Below are positions 27,072-39,173 of a stretch of 64,000 bases of DNA, one piece after another; position 1 is the stretch's first letter, and every line of letters starts with the position of its first letter. The stretch is from Eledone cirrhosa (taxonomy: Eukaryota), in NCBI GenBank assembly GCA_964016885.1, contig OZ024742.1, forward strand, positions 206,584,001 through 206,648,000, given 5' to 3'. Made by a program: the position numbers and the translations under genes. The notes under the pieces were generated by a model. The model worked only from the letters and a program-made list of their open reading frames with translations, did no database searches and was not told where the DNA came from.

Positions 27072-27416
27072 GTGGAGGCACATGGCTTAGTGGTTAGAGC
27101 ATTGGCCTTGCAATCGAATGGTTGTGAGTTCAATTCTCGGACCGGGTGATGTGTTGTTTCCTTGAGCAAGGCACTTTATTTCACATTGCTCCAGTTTACT
27201 CAGCTGTAGAAATGAGATGATAGGGACTGGGGTCCCTATAATTCCACTGCAAAGTGGTCGTGGAGGTGCCATGGCAAAACAGCACCCAGCACTCACTGTA
27301 AATGAGGTTGGTGTTAGGAAGGGCATCCAGCTGTAGAAATATAGCCAGAATCAGTTCCCGTCCCACCCTTGCAAGCAGGGAAAAGCGGACGTAAAATGAA
27401 ATGATGATGATGATGA
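27072..27416 (+). mobile_element. tRNA-derived SINE, family 2, with RTE-like 3' tail
   Basis: A box tggcttagtggttagagc, B box gagttcaattc. The 3' part matches the RTE 3' UTR; (TGA)n tail. Confidence 0.85.
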
Positions 27417-29865
27417 CAGTATTTTATTCCAGCCTGTATTTTATCCTTCCATCTAGTTTTACATCACTTTCATCTCTTGAAATATATGAAATATAAAAGC
27501 CACCTTGCCAAGCACTGATTCATAATTTAAAGATCTCTTTACAATCATCATCAATAAAATTGGGTAAATTTGATTTTGTTTGCCTAGTATTTTCGTCTTT
27601 AAAATATTGTTCTTTTTTCTCTATATTAACAGAAGCAATCTAAGAAACTTGCTATATTACTGTGAACTATCACAAAGTAAATCAACACATAATCAAAATT
27701 GCTTCAGAATGAAAAAACTTAAGAAAACTTAAGAAAACATGAGCTGCAATTGGATATATCATATTACAAGGATTACTGTGAGAATCTTACACATAGTACT
27801 AAGAAATATTACAATACTTCAACTCCTCAATATACATAAGTAGTGTAAAGATTATTGTTATCATTGTTACTATGGCTTACATATTGCAGGTTTAGCCAGT
27901 CTCATATAAGGTAGCATTTCATAGGAGATTTCTTGGATGTTTCTATGATAGGGTTCCTAGTCCTATTTTGTTTTCATTTTCCCAATGATATGAGGTGAGG
28001 TTTGAACTGAGAACACACTGAGCTAGAACAAATATCACAAATTATCTTGTCTAATGCTGTAACAATTCCATTGTTCTACTGATTCAGTCTGGTTTGGTAC
28101 TTTATTCATTGACACCTAAAAACTCGAAGTGCAGAGAGTCTGAACAAAAACTTAAAATTGCTCTGTTGCCTTGTAAACTGATTATGTCTAAACTTTCTAC
28201 TGCAAACTGAAACCAATAGAGCTTGATATCTAATTGCTTTTTATATTTAGAAGAAAATGTAATTTCTGAAAAGTATATTTCTCAATTTATATTAAATGAA
28301 AGTCATTAAATTATATATATTGATAGTTGTTCTTGCTAACAATATTCAATGTATTCATTGAATGTTCTTTTTTTAAGTTATAGACATACTGAAAAATGTA
28401 AAATATTTAACAGTAGCTCTACTAAACCCAAGATAGAGAAAAACAACAACAAAATGTTTGTATTTTTGTTCTTTATTTAATTGTTTATTATGTTGTTTCC
28501 AGAATATTTTTCTTCATGTCAGAATGAAGAATTGTTATGGATGTTGTATCGATCAACAGACAGACCCAGCGACGCTGTCTGCTTCTTTGCTAGATACTTA
28601 TCTATAATGTACAGTGACGTAAGCCTGTCCCTTAAGGAGATTAGACACAACAAACAGAATCTGTGTACATAAGGCCTCAGTAGAATACTACAAGGAATTT
28701 TCCTTCAACAAAAGCTGGGCAGAAAGAAATATACAAAGACGTTTTTGTTTTGTCTTTGCTTACATATAAACATGTATCCAAGAATGTTTCTAAGGCAACT
28801 AGAATCAGCCACTTGCTGATTCTGACATTGCTGGGTATATAAAATTAAAATATTACGATAAATCATTGAAGAACACATGTACATTAAAGCAAACGTCTGT
28901 TACTGGCATCTATGGCTTAAGCTGTATGACATGATAGAAGAACCATTTTACTTTCTCATCACCTTTTTTCCTGGATGAGAGATACTGAGTATATTGGGTA
29001 TTCTTCAATAGAAAAATAGCCATATGAGGATTGGATGTGAGCTTGAGCTGAAGGATGATAATTGTATTTCAAAGATATTATAGAAAGCTGAAAGAAGGTT
29101 GATTCAAAAACAAAAATTGTAGCTCAAATATAAGCAGTTCTTTGGAGAAAATGAAGATACTGAATCAGTAAGATATTTTTATTCAATAATTCCTCAAATG
29201 CTTGTTCCAGTAATTATTCTAATAAAAAAGAAGAGAATAAAATCCTTAATAATACAAAAATGGAGAAAAACGAATTCCTTAAATGTTTCGTCTTTAACAT
29301 AAACATATTTAAGCAATCTAATTAGCAATCTAATTAGAGGAGTTGTTAGAATTTGCGACTATACAATATGGCATTTACTCTGATTCTCTGTGTTCTGAGT
29401 TCAAATCCCATTGAGGTAAAAACTGACTTTCATTAATTTGGGATAAAAAAACATAGTACTAATCCAAAGCACTCAACTGGTTTGAGCACCAGACAAAAAG
29501 ACTTGCTGTATTCTGGTTGTATTTATTCCAGCTCTTTGCATTCTGATTTCATTCTGAAGGAGGGTGTAGATTTAATCCCTTGTCCAGTTTAACATCACCA
29601 AATGGTTCTTTGGTGACTTTAGCTGAGTTCACTCTGTTGCAGGCATTTGGGTCAAGTCTCCAGTTTGAGGATACTTGTCCAAATTATACTATCAGGAAAA
29701 ATAAACATTAAATAATGATGACAAAACCTGAGTTGAAAAATGACTGAAATAAAAAGAAAATTGTAGACAGCAACAAAAACCATTATGACATTCACAGACA
29801 TAAAACTGTGTATGGTTTCAAACATTTACTAAAACATATCTACAAAAAGTAACTGACCTTGGTAA

Positions 29866-29909
29866 GGAAGGAGGAGGAGGAGGAGAAGAAGAAGAAGAAG
29901 AAGAAGAAG

Positions 29910-29941
<32 letters not shown>

Positions 29942-29972
29942 GAAGAAGAAGAACGGCGGTGGCGGCGGCGGA
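29866..29972. repeat. (GGA)n/(GAA)n/(GGC)n trinucleotide tract
   Basis: Direct inspection. Confidence 0.95.
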
Positions 29973-30192
29973 CTACAGCTGCTACCAATCCCATCATCAC
30001 CATAAGTATAATCTATGAAAATCACCAACACAACCATCACTAAAAATAATAGTAATTACAAAAATAATATATACTATCAACACCAGCCACCACCAACATC
30101 ACTATCATTATCTTCAACAACTGTTAAGCACCACTGACACCACGATCACTACCACCAACCCCAACTGTGATATCAAGAACAATTATCAAGAC

Positions 30193-30545
30193 CAGAGGTT
30201 CTCAAAGTTGGCGTTGAGAAGGTCCACGGGGGTGCTGGGGACTAAGGGGGGGGGGGGGCACTGGGGCCAAAGAAGGCGTTGGGGTGGTAGTAGAGATGAT
30301 ATAATAGTATATTAAATATCAAATGATACATATTATATATAAATATAGTAATATAAAAAATGTATACTTATTTATTTATACATAGTATATATTATATTTA
30401 TTATATTTGAATTAACGATTTTATTTATTATATATTATTTACAATTTGCGAGTAGGCAGGTCTCTCTGGAAATAGGTGTGGGGCGCACTGAGGGTATTAT
30501 GTGGCCATGAGGGAGGTGGTGGCCCAAAAGGTTTGAGAACCTCTG
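30193..30545. mobile_element. hAT (Charlie-like) MITE, 353 bp
   Basis: 14-bp TIR cagaggttctcaaa / tttgagaacctctg and a perfect 8-bp TSD ATCAAGAC at 30185-30192 and 30546-30553. Confidence 0.92.
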
Positions 30546-30839
30546 ATCAAGACCATCACCAACACCCTTGACAATATGCCTTACACATGTTCAAGCATTG
30601 ATAAACAAATCAAATCAATATTTTAAACTAGATGGTGGTGGGGTGAAGGTAGTACTAGTGAAGGTGAGAGTAAACATAATGGTCAGCCCAAGGCTATAGT
30701 AGATGCCACATACCTAAAGTGCCATGTGATTGTAAAATGAACTTTTTTAATACACTACCATGCAGCTACAAAGTCATCAGTGAACAGTGGAAACTTCCAG
30801 TGTTCTTGGCAACCCTGGACCACATCCCTACTCACAGTT

Positions 30840-31005
30840 ATCAGGGCAGAGTTGGCTTTCCACAAGTGTGAGCTCTGCAAAGTGGAGTGGCTGTTCCAGT
30901 GTATCTCCTTTGCTATCCTCTGGGGCAATGTCTTCTCCATCCTGTCTTCCAGAACCACAGAGTAGACTGACCCTTGAACAATGAGTAGTAAATACAGATC
31001 ATACA
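30840..31005. repeat. Unclassified dispersed repeat, second copy at 62648-62810
   Basis: acaagtgtgagc...ggagtggctgttcca...ttctccatcctgtc...ccttgaaca shared by both copies. Confidence 0.7.
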
Positions 31006-32265
31006 CACACAGAGTAAATAGTAATAAAATTAAAGCATTAATATATCAATTATTTCTATATCACAATATCATCAATTGGTTGAGTCATAGAAAATCGTTT
31101 ATGGTATTTGTTCTGGCTCTCTGAACTCTGAGTTCAAATCCTCTCAAAATCAGTTTTGCCTTTCATACACCCAGGGTATAAATAAAGCATCTTTCAAATG
31201 CTGGGATGGATTTTTCTTCTCTTGGAATCCTTTGTACAATGAGAAGGGTCATAAGAGGCCACACACAGCATCCCTGTCTTCAGAAATGGAGAAAGAGTTA
31301 AGTAAAGGGTGTAGCCAGGTACAGCTGGTACACTTTTTGGGGGACCAAGAGCTAAGAAGGTGACACAACAACCATGCAGCATCCATTTTGAGAAAAGTCT
31401 TTGCCTGCTTTGGGCCCCAAATGAGTCTTCTACCACATTGCAAAATTTTTTTTGGAGGCCCTGGGTGTAGCAATCCTTTCTCAAAGATAGTATGGAAAGT
31501 GTTAGTATCTTAGTGTTAACAACAGGATTGGTTTTGCTGTTTAGTCCAGGTCAGCACCAATCAAAGATGTTCTAGCTATGTTCATTTTATCTCTTAGTGT
31601 TAGTGGTGATGGCATCAGTTGTGGTGGTATTAGTAGTGTTGGTGGTAACAGTAGTAGTGTAGTAATAACAGTAGTAGTAGTAGTAGTACTGTTGGTGACA
31701 GTAGTAGCAGTGTAGTAGTAGTAAGATGGTGGTAGCTATAGCAATAGTAATGTTTGTAGTATTGGTGATGATAGTGGTGTGAAAAGGTCGGAGGAATTGT
31801 TGAATTTGGTGGTAGTGTTATTCCAGGGTAGGGAAGGGGTAGTAAAGTAAAAAGATAAAGTATTTGGCAAGAGGGGGAGGGGGGTGCATGAGGTGTGATG
31901 TTGTGACAACTAACTAACTACTCAATGACTTCTGACTCCCTGTATACACACCCACACACCCTACTACTCAGGATTTCATTAAGTGCAGACCATAAAGTAT
32001 CTTTGGCAGAACCATAAAAAATACTTCATAGAAGTTTCTGTTACAGTCATTCTTTTCCTCTTTTTCATTTTTATTGTTTTTACAAGGAATTCTTTGACTT
32101 AGGCAAAACCCATCCACCTACCACACATACACACACCTCTCTCTCTCTCCCTTTCTTAGTTTCTTTCTTACTATATATCTCACTCTTTCACCCCTGCCAT
32201 CACAAACACACAAGCAAATGAGATTGTATATACATATGTACATGCATACATATTTACATTCTATG

Positions 32266-32296
<31 letters not shown>

Positions 32297-32832
32297 TCAT
32301 ATATTTAACTTGTATGCACAACCTTGGGTTTAGTGGTCCAGTTATGGCCACCACGGCATAGTGCAGGAGCTGTTCTAAACTTGGCCTCCCTCATCAGGCG
32401 CAAGGATAAATTTAAAGAAAAAAACAAAAAAAAATGGTAATTGTTTGTGATGAGTTCCAGTGAAAACAAAGAATGGTGGCTCCTCAAAAAAGTGTAGATT
32501 ATAATATGTACAGAGAAGTGCGTGCAATTTCCTTTGAATCAGAGAGGCCATTTTAAAAAATGGCTTCTCCACTGTACTGTGGGGGCCATAATTCGACTGT
32601 GAAAACTAAGGTCGTGCATGAAATTTAATATAAACTAAATAAGCTCTCTTGTACTAACTAGATTGAGTATTATTATCCTTGGCGTTTTATCTATGGATAT
32701 CCTGCACCCCACCCGCCATATATATATATATTATAAAGAGTTGTTTCAAAAGGTGTTTCAAAAGCTAATTCAAGACTCAACCTGGAATTAGCTGTTGAAT
32801 AGTCTAAGCAGTTTCAAACTGAATCCATCCTG

Positions 32833-32917
<85 letters not shown>

Positions 32918-32918
<1 letters not shown>

Positions 32919-35900
32919 GATATTAATAAATGGAAACTATATTTATAAAACCATATTTATTTCATTATACATATTCCAGGGATACCAAATTAAATTATGG
33001 TATGCCTTCATCAGACAAAATACAATATATAACAGTTTTACAAATAAACTTTGACGTACCCTATTAAAATGCAACCATTGTTTTTGGAAGTCATCCGGAT
33101 AGTGATTTGTTTATATTACTTTAATAAGTCATAGTGTTAAGGACAATTAGAAAAAGACGGAGAGAAAGAAAAAAACGTGGAGAAATATCGGAGAGAGAGA
33201 GCGATGCATGGAGAAAAAAAAGAAAGAGATAAGTAAAGACAGGAGGAAAGGAAGAAAGAAGAAAAAGGAAGAAATAAGAAAAACAGAGGAAAGCAACAGA
33301 GAGATATTAAGTCAACAGACAGATAGAAAAACTCAAGAGAGAGAAATGTTATATAGAGAGAGGGAGATTATGAAAACTTTACGTCATGTCATGTTAAGTT
33401 GAGTTAACAATTCATATGAAATGAATAATAAAAATATAAATATTAATATTCATGAATGGGACATAGATATATAATATGAGAAATTAAACATTGTTTAATA
33501 ATGACTATATGTTTAGTTTAAACCTTGAGATCAATATACCAAAATTTGGGTTTAATCTCCAAAATGTACACATTGCTAGAGAATAGTATCTCAGGCAAAG
33601 ACACACAAATATATATATATATACACGCACGTCCTGAAAATAGAGATTATATTTACTCAAGTCAACAATATAGACAAATAAAGCGCAGACGATTTCTCTT
33701 AATCACTGCTATACATTCCTTGTGTTATAAAAAGTTCACAGTATATATACACATAAATATATACAATTAACATTCATGACTTCATATATAGGATTACCAT
33801 TCATGCATTTAACATTTCTGCAATCCAAACTGCGTGGTTATGCAACATAATTTTTACCCACACATATACATACTCACACATATATACATATACACCTATA
33901 TATGTATAAATAAATATCTGCGTGCGTCATCAGGCATCGCTCATGTATACATACAGACATATATACAATCATAAAAAAACCTATAACACTTTTATATGCA
34001 TGTTAATACACACATATACTTTTGTATAGAGATAATCAAATATCAATATATTACTAAGGATTATACTTTGGAAATATAATTACACCAATATAAATTTAAA
34101 ATACCAAATGATTATATTTTGGAAATACAACTATATCAGTATAGTCAAAAGGACAAACGAATTCTAGAAATGTCAAAGCATTAAATAACTTTAAAACACT
34201 ATAGAGTATCTTAAGTTAAAATAATATGTTTCATATATTTCAATCAAGATATTGAAAGGGTAGACTTATGAGAATTATGAGAAGCTATCAGAATCAAAGC
34301 AAAACTAATAAAAATAAATAAAAATAAAATAAAATAAAAGTTAAATAAATATTATATCAATATAATTAAAAAATTTCAAAAAATTTCAAATAGAATTAAA
34401 AAATTTTTTTAAATTCAAAAATTTAAAAGATTTAAAAAACCAAGGATTCTACAGATATCCTTATATTTAGTATAGAAATTTATCCTACGTATATTTTATT
34501 TAAGATATTGTAAGTATAGACATTTTAAAGTAGTTTATTATATCTATGTTTATATTTAGGAAGAAAGTTTAAAAAGAAAAAGGTGAAGGAATCTAATGAT
34601 TTATCGACAGGTTTTATATATTAACTAAATTACTTAATTAATTATACTACATTTTAAATTTATATTTATATTTAAACGTTGAGTTCAATCTATGTCTGCA
34701 GCAACTGAATAAATTGTTCCTTAAATTAAGGGAATTTTTGGACTTTAATATAAAGAATATTTCTTCAATACAAAGATCACAATTTTCTGAAGAGGAATTA
34801 AAAGGAGTAGCTTATGAAATAATATTCCAAGTCATCGAATATTTAACATTATCTCGTTTTAGGTCCCATAGTAGGCTAGATAGCGAAGTTGAAGATTTTT
34901 TGTTTGGATCTGTGAAAGAATTTTTATGATTATTGAAGCGAAATTTAAATTCAGTCGAGGTAGAACCAACATAGTTAAACGAATTTAAATTAGTTTTAAC
35001 ATTACAATTGTACACTACATTTTTAGCTAAGCAGTTGTTATTTAACGGACAGTTAGATTTATTTCTACAGTTACAGTTATTCAATTGAATATTACTTGGG
35101 TTATTATTGGTATTTTGGTTAGGTTTTAAATTTCTATTATTAATTCTATTAATATTTTGTGCTAAATTTTTGGTGGACGAGTAAGTTAATTTTATAGTGT
35201 GTCTATTAAAAATTGAGTAATATTTATGTGTTCTAGGGAAGCGTTTGTCAAGAGCTTTAAAGAATAGTTTAGCAATAGGGGTTTTAATATTTAGTGAGAA
35301 AGGGGGAGCAAACCATAATATGTTTCTAGTTCTATTTCTTTTTCGGCTTTTGGAATTATTGTAATGTTTTCTATTATAGTTGCTAAAGTTGTTACCATAA
35401 TTAAAATTGTTATTATTTTGGTTAGTTTGCTTAATATTATTATTATCAATGTATTTAATTTCATTTCTATATCCAGCTCTACCTAACGCTTCGTTGTAAT
35501 ACTGCGCTTTTTCATCCAATATATTTTTATTAGATGAAATTCTTGAAATTCTTTCTTGAACAGAGTTCACTATAGTATTTTTAACAGATCTGGGGTGATT
35601 AGAGTTAAAATTAACATAATTCAAGTTCTCATTTAGTTTGTGAAATGGATAATGAAGACATGTGTTGAGATTTAGTGTTACGTCAAGAAAATTGACTATT
35701 TTATGGTTATTCTCTATTTCTACTTTTAGATTATGGTAATAAAAAAATTGTATAATTTGTTTTCTTTTCCTATTTAGTTCACAGCTATTATTTTGTATAA
35801 GTAAAAGCATGTCATCACGATAGGCTTATATCGTGATGACATGCTATGACTTATTAAAGTAATATAAACAAATCACTATCCGGATGACTTCCAAAAACAA

Positions 35901-36150
35901 TGGTTGCATTTTAATAGGGTACGTCAAAGCTTATTTGTAAAACTATATTGTATTTTGTCTGATGAAGGCATACCATAATTTAATTTGGTATCCCTGGAAT
36001 ATGTATAATGAAATAAATATGGTTTTATAAATATAGTTTCCATTTATTAATATCGATAATCTACTCCAAATACTTGTCGAGTGCTTTATATCAGTTATAA
36101 AAATATTTACTTGTTGTATCCCAACAATTTTAAATAGAACTTTTGCATAT
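32918..36150 (-). mobile_element. Penelope-like element (family A-like, YRDD RT, CNC..CPL, GIY-YIG) with inverted terminal copy at the 5' end
   Basis: ORF 34812-35810 has NFLDVTLNL, SNHP, CNCRNKSNCPLNNNC, VVY..YVGST..FKFRFNNH. 32918-33134 is the reverse complement of 35844-36055. Confidence 0.9.
35953..36030 (+). ncRNA. Hammerhead-like motif in PLE terminal repeat (mirror copy at about 32945-33020, minus)
   Basis: CTGATGA followed by a hairpin (atacca/tggtat) and a distal GAAA; stems I and III not convincingly formed. Confidence 0.35.
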
Positions 36151-36349
36151 ATATATATGCACATATATTTGTACGTAGATATACATATATATATATGTAT
36201 CACTAGACAGCGTTTGACTTATACTAGATGCTGTGACTCCAGATGGACCAGCAGTGCTGTTGGTAGTGGTCGAAACTGCCAAAGTCCATCTCAACAGCCG
36301 ATGACCATGGAGTTCTGTGCCCTTCGTTTGTATTTTTATTTTATAAAAT

Positions 36350-36712
36350 AATTGTCTCTACTTTTGGCACAAGGCCAGCAATTACCCAGTACATTACTGG
36401 TACTTTATTTTATCGACCCCGTAAGGATGAAAGGCAAAGTTGACCTCGGCGGGATTTGAACTCAGAATGGCAAGGGCCGTAACTCTATACGTCAAAGCAT
36501 AGCGTCCGACCCTCTACCGATACTGCCAATCCACCGCCCTATATTTTATAAAAATAATTGTTTCTACTTTTGGCACAAGGCCAGCAATTAACCAGTGTAT
36601 TACTGGTACTTTATTTTATAGACCCCGTAAGGATGAAAGGCAAAGTTAACCTCGGCGAGATTTGAACTCAGAATGGCAAGGGCCGTAACTCTATACGTCA
36701 AAGCATAGCGTT
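36350..36712 (-). mobile_element. Two tandem family-1 SINEs
   Basis: Copies at 36350-36540 (full, A and B boxes) and 36555-36712 (5'-truncated). Confidence 0.85.
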
Positions 36713-36767
36713 TTTCGTTTTGTTTTGTTTTGTTTTCATTTGTCCTATCTGTGTTAATCTTCTTAAG

Positions 36768-36826
<59 letters not shown>

Positions 36827-36839
36827 AATATATGTATAT

Positions 36840-37390
36840 AAAAGGTAAATAGAAATAACAACACAATCGGTACAGTATATATGGAAGGTATATATTAGGT
36901 TAACGGTTAATATAGCAGGAAGAGGGTCTTAACGTTTTGGACACTAGTCCTTCACCAGAATAAAGAATGAGAAATAAGATAGTTTGAGGGGACGGGCGAG
37001 TTGCAATTGGAAAAAATGTCTTTAGATAAAAATAACAGGTCCATTCATGTTGACATCTCTTGCAAAACTGTTGGTGCTGGCATTTTGTGTATGATTTATT
37101 TTTTAGAAAAGTGGATGATGGAGCGCGTCTACCCGAATTGAAAGAAAAACCGTTTTGTAAAAAGAGTTATACTTGTGCACGTGCGTAAGCATATGTGTGT
37201 CTGTCTATGTGTGTGTTATTATAGGTCCATACGAAGCTAGGAAGAAATATGTGTGTCTATGTAAGTAATAGAGTGTGTGTGCATGTAAGTACGAAGCTAT
37301 GAGCAAAAGTATGTTAATATAAGGGTGTGTATGTGTGTATACAGAGCTGTGAAAGGGAAAGTGGATTAGTCGGTCTGTATTAGTTGTAAA
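36840..37390 (-). mobile_element. Probable PLE-type 3' end with degenerate minimal hammerhead
   Basis: Minus strand CTGGTGA-a-ggac-tagt-gtcc-AAAACGTTA at 36929-36958; abuts (TA)n. Confidence 0.45.
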
Positions 37391-38132
37391 AGAAGATGTT
37401 AATGGGCCCTCCTAGCCTGGAGGGTGACAGTTAGGATAGTATCCTCAAACCAGACATGTTGCTTGAATACTTGCAGCAGCATGGGTTCTACTGAAATCAC
37501 TCAAGTGCCAGGTGACTGATAGAGTTTAACATCCAACGTCCAATAGGCCATGGCAAGATTTAGAATCAGAAAGAAATGAGCTGGAACAAATACTGTAAAC
37601 CTCTTCTTCTGCCAGTTCACTGCCCTATGCTGGTTCTTGATTTACTGACTACAGAATGATTAAAAGCAAATTTGATCCTGGCAGGATTTAAACTTTGAAT
37701 GCAAGAAGGCCCCATATAGGGACTGTAACATATATTTAGCTGATAAGAACAGATACTACACTTGGATCTTCGCCAAAAGGCCATTGTGTGTGTGTGTATG
37801 TAAATATGTAAATTAGATTGGCCATATCACCTATGTTTTGGTTTGTGTTTGATATGAATAGCTATGAGCTATCAATCTTTATACAAACAGAAAATAACAG
37901 TACTTGTAATATGATGAGTCTCCAAATAGAGACGAAACTAGTCATAGTAATTTTTATATCTTTCTACTCATCGAGAGATGGAAAAAGTGTTTACATTTGT
38001 TTACATTTACCAGAAAGATTTACATTTGAAATTTTTTAGGTATACCTACATTTAATTTCAGATTATATCTCTATGTTGGGTTAAATCAAGTTTTAGTCTG
38101 GCTTAGACCATTTCTTCAGAAAAAAATTAACC

Positions 38133-38165
<33 letters not shown>

Positions 38166-38166
<1 letters not shown>

Positions 38167-38894
38167 AATGGATGCAACCCATTATGCCGTGTATGTAAAA
38201 AACAACCAGTGACCATTGATCATATAATTTCAATGTGCAGTCCTATAGCTCCAACCGAATACCTAAACAGGCATGACAGAGCTGCACAATACATACATTG
38301 GATAATGTGTAAGCATTTTGACCTGCCCCATCAAAAGAATTGGTGGGAGCATCAACCACCTCCCATACTTGAAAAAGATCACATCTCAATCTTGTGGAAC
38401 TTTAGCATCCAAACAGACCGAAAAATAAATGCAAATAGACCTGATATAATGCTGAAGGACTTTAAAAAGAGGGTATGCCTGCTAATTGATATGTCCGTTC
38501 CAATAGACAAGAATGTATCTATAAAAACATTTGAAAAATTCAGCAAGTATAAGGACCTGGAGATAGAAATTGGAAAATTGTGGAAATTGAGAACTAAAAC
38601 AATACCAGTAGTTGTAGGCGCTCTAGGAATGAAACCTAAGGGGTCTAATGATTACTTATCGCAAATCCCAGGAAATCCGCGTATAGGAGAAATACAAAAG
38701 ATAGTACTAATGGGAACTGCCCATATACTAAGGAAGGTTCTGTCAATATAAGTACATCACAAGTCTAAACACTAAAGATGCATGTGTGTGTATGTATGTT
38801 CTTTTTTGAACATGGCGGACCTTGTTGTCTCTTGTGGTCACTGGTTGTGACTTGGTGATAACTTGTATGAACATAAAGCAAGATAAATGCAACT
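38166..38894 (+). mobile_element. R4/Dong-like non-LTR element 3' end (CCHC zinc knuckle plus restriction-like endonuclease)
   Basis: CRVC...IDHIISMC, RHD, NRPDIM..LIDMSVP, K..KYKDL, IPVVVGALG. (TAA)n on both flanks. Confidence 0.85.
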
Positions 38895-39173
38895 ATAATA
38901 ATAATAATAATAATAATAATAAAACTTTCTTTATTAACCACAAGGGTTTACGTAAAGTAGACATTAAGGACAGTGCAGAACAATACAGGACGGTACAAAT
39001 GGGCATTTCTGCGTGTAAAAAACAAAAACAGAGGATGTAACAAAAAATAACAATGAAAAATTCCCAAATAGGGGGGAGACTTCCGAGGGACATTTGTGGA
39101 GAAAACCCATTAAAAGGCCACAGTGACCCTGACCACCAAGGCAAGTGCCCTCTCCCAGTTTTCCACCTTTAAT

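Larger units (their letters stand above)
24134..27905 (-). pseudogene. Putative decayed syntaxin-like (Qa-SNARE N-peptide/Habc) spliced gene
   Basis: Candidate exons 27905-27881, 27639-27523, 26799-26704, ~24591-24517, 24390-24310 and 24226-24134. Peptides such as SDFKIRRAYYSGLKK and TKKSLE..TCNQIPPHL resemble syntaxin-1 ADLRIRKTQHSTLSR and TKEELE..TANKVRSKL. Several canonical splice sites. By-eye similarity only. Confidence 0.35.

Noticed and set aside
27072-27150. tRNA-like sequences with A and B boxes (also 51075, 51640, 53414)
   Set aside because: No complete cloverleaf seen; each continues into a shared SINE body.
32918-36055. Long inverted repeats read as DNA-transposon TIRs
   Set aside because: The interior encodes PLE RT and GIY-YIG, not a transposase; the arms are inverted pLTRs.
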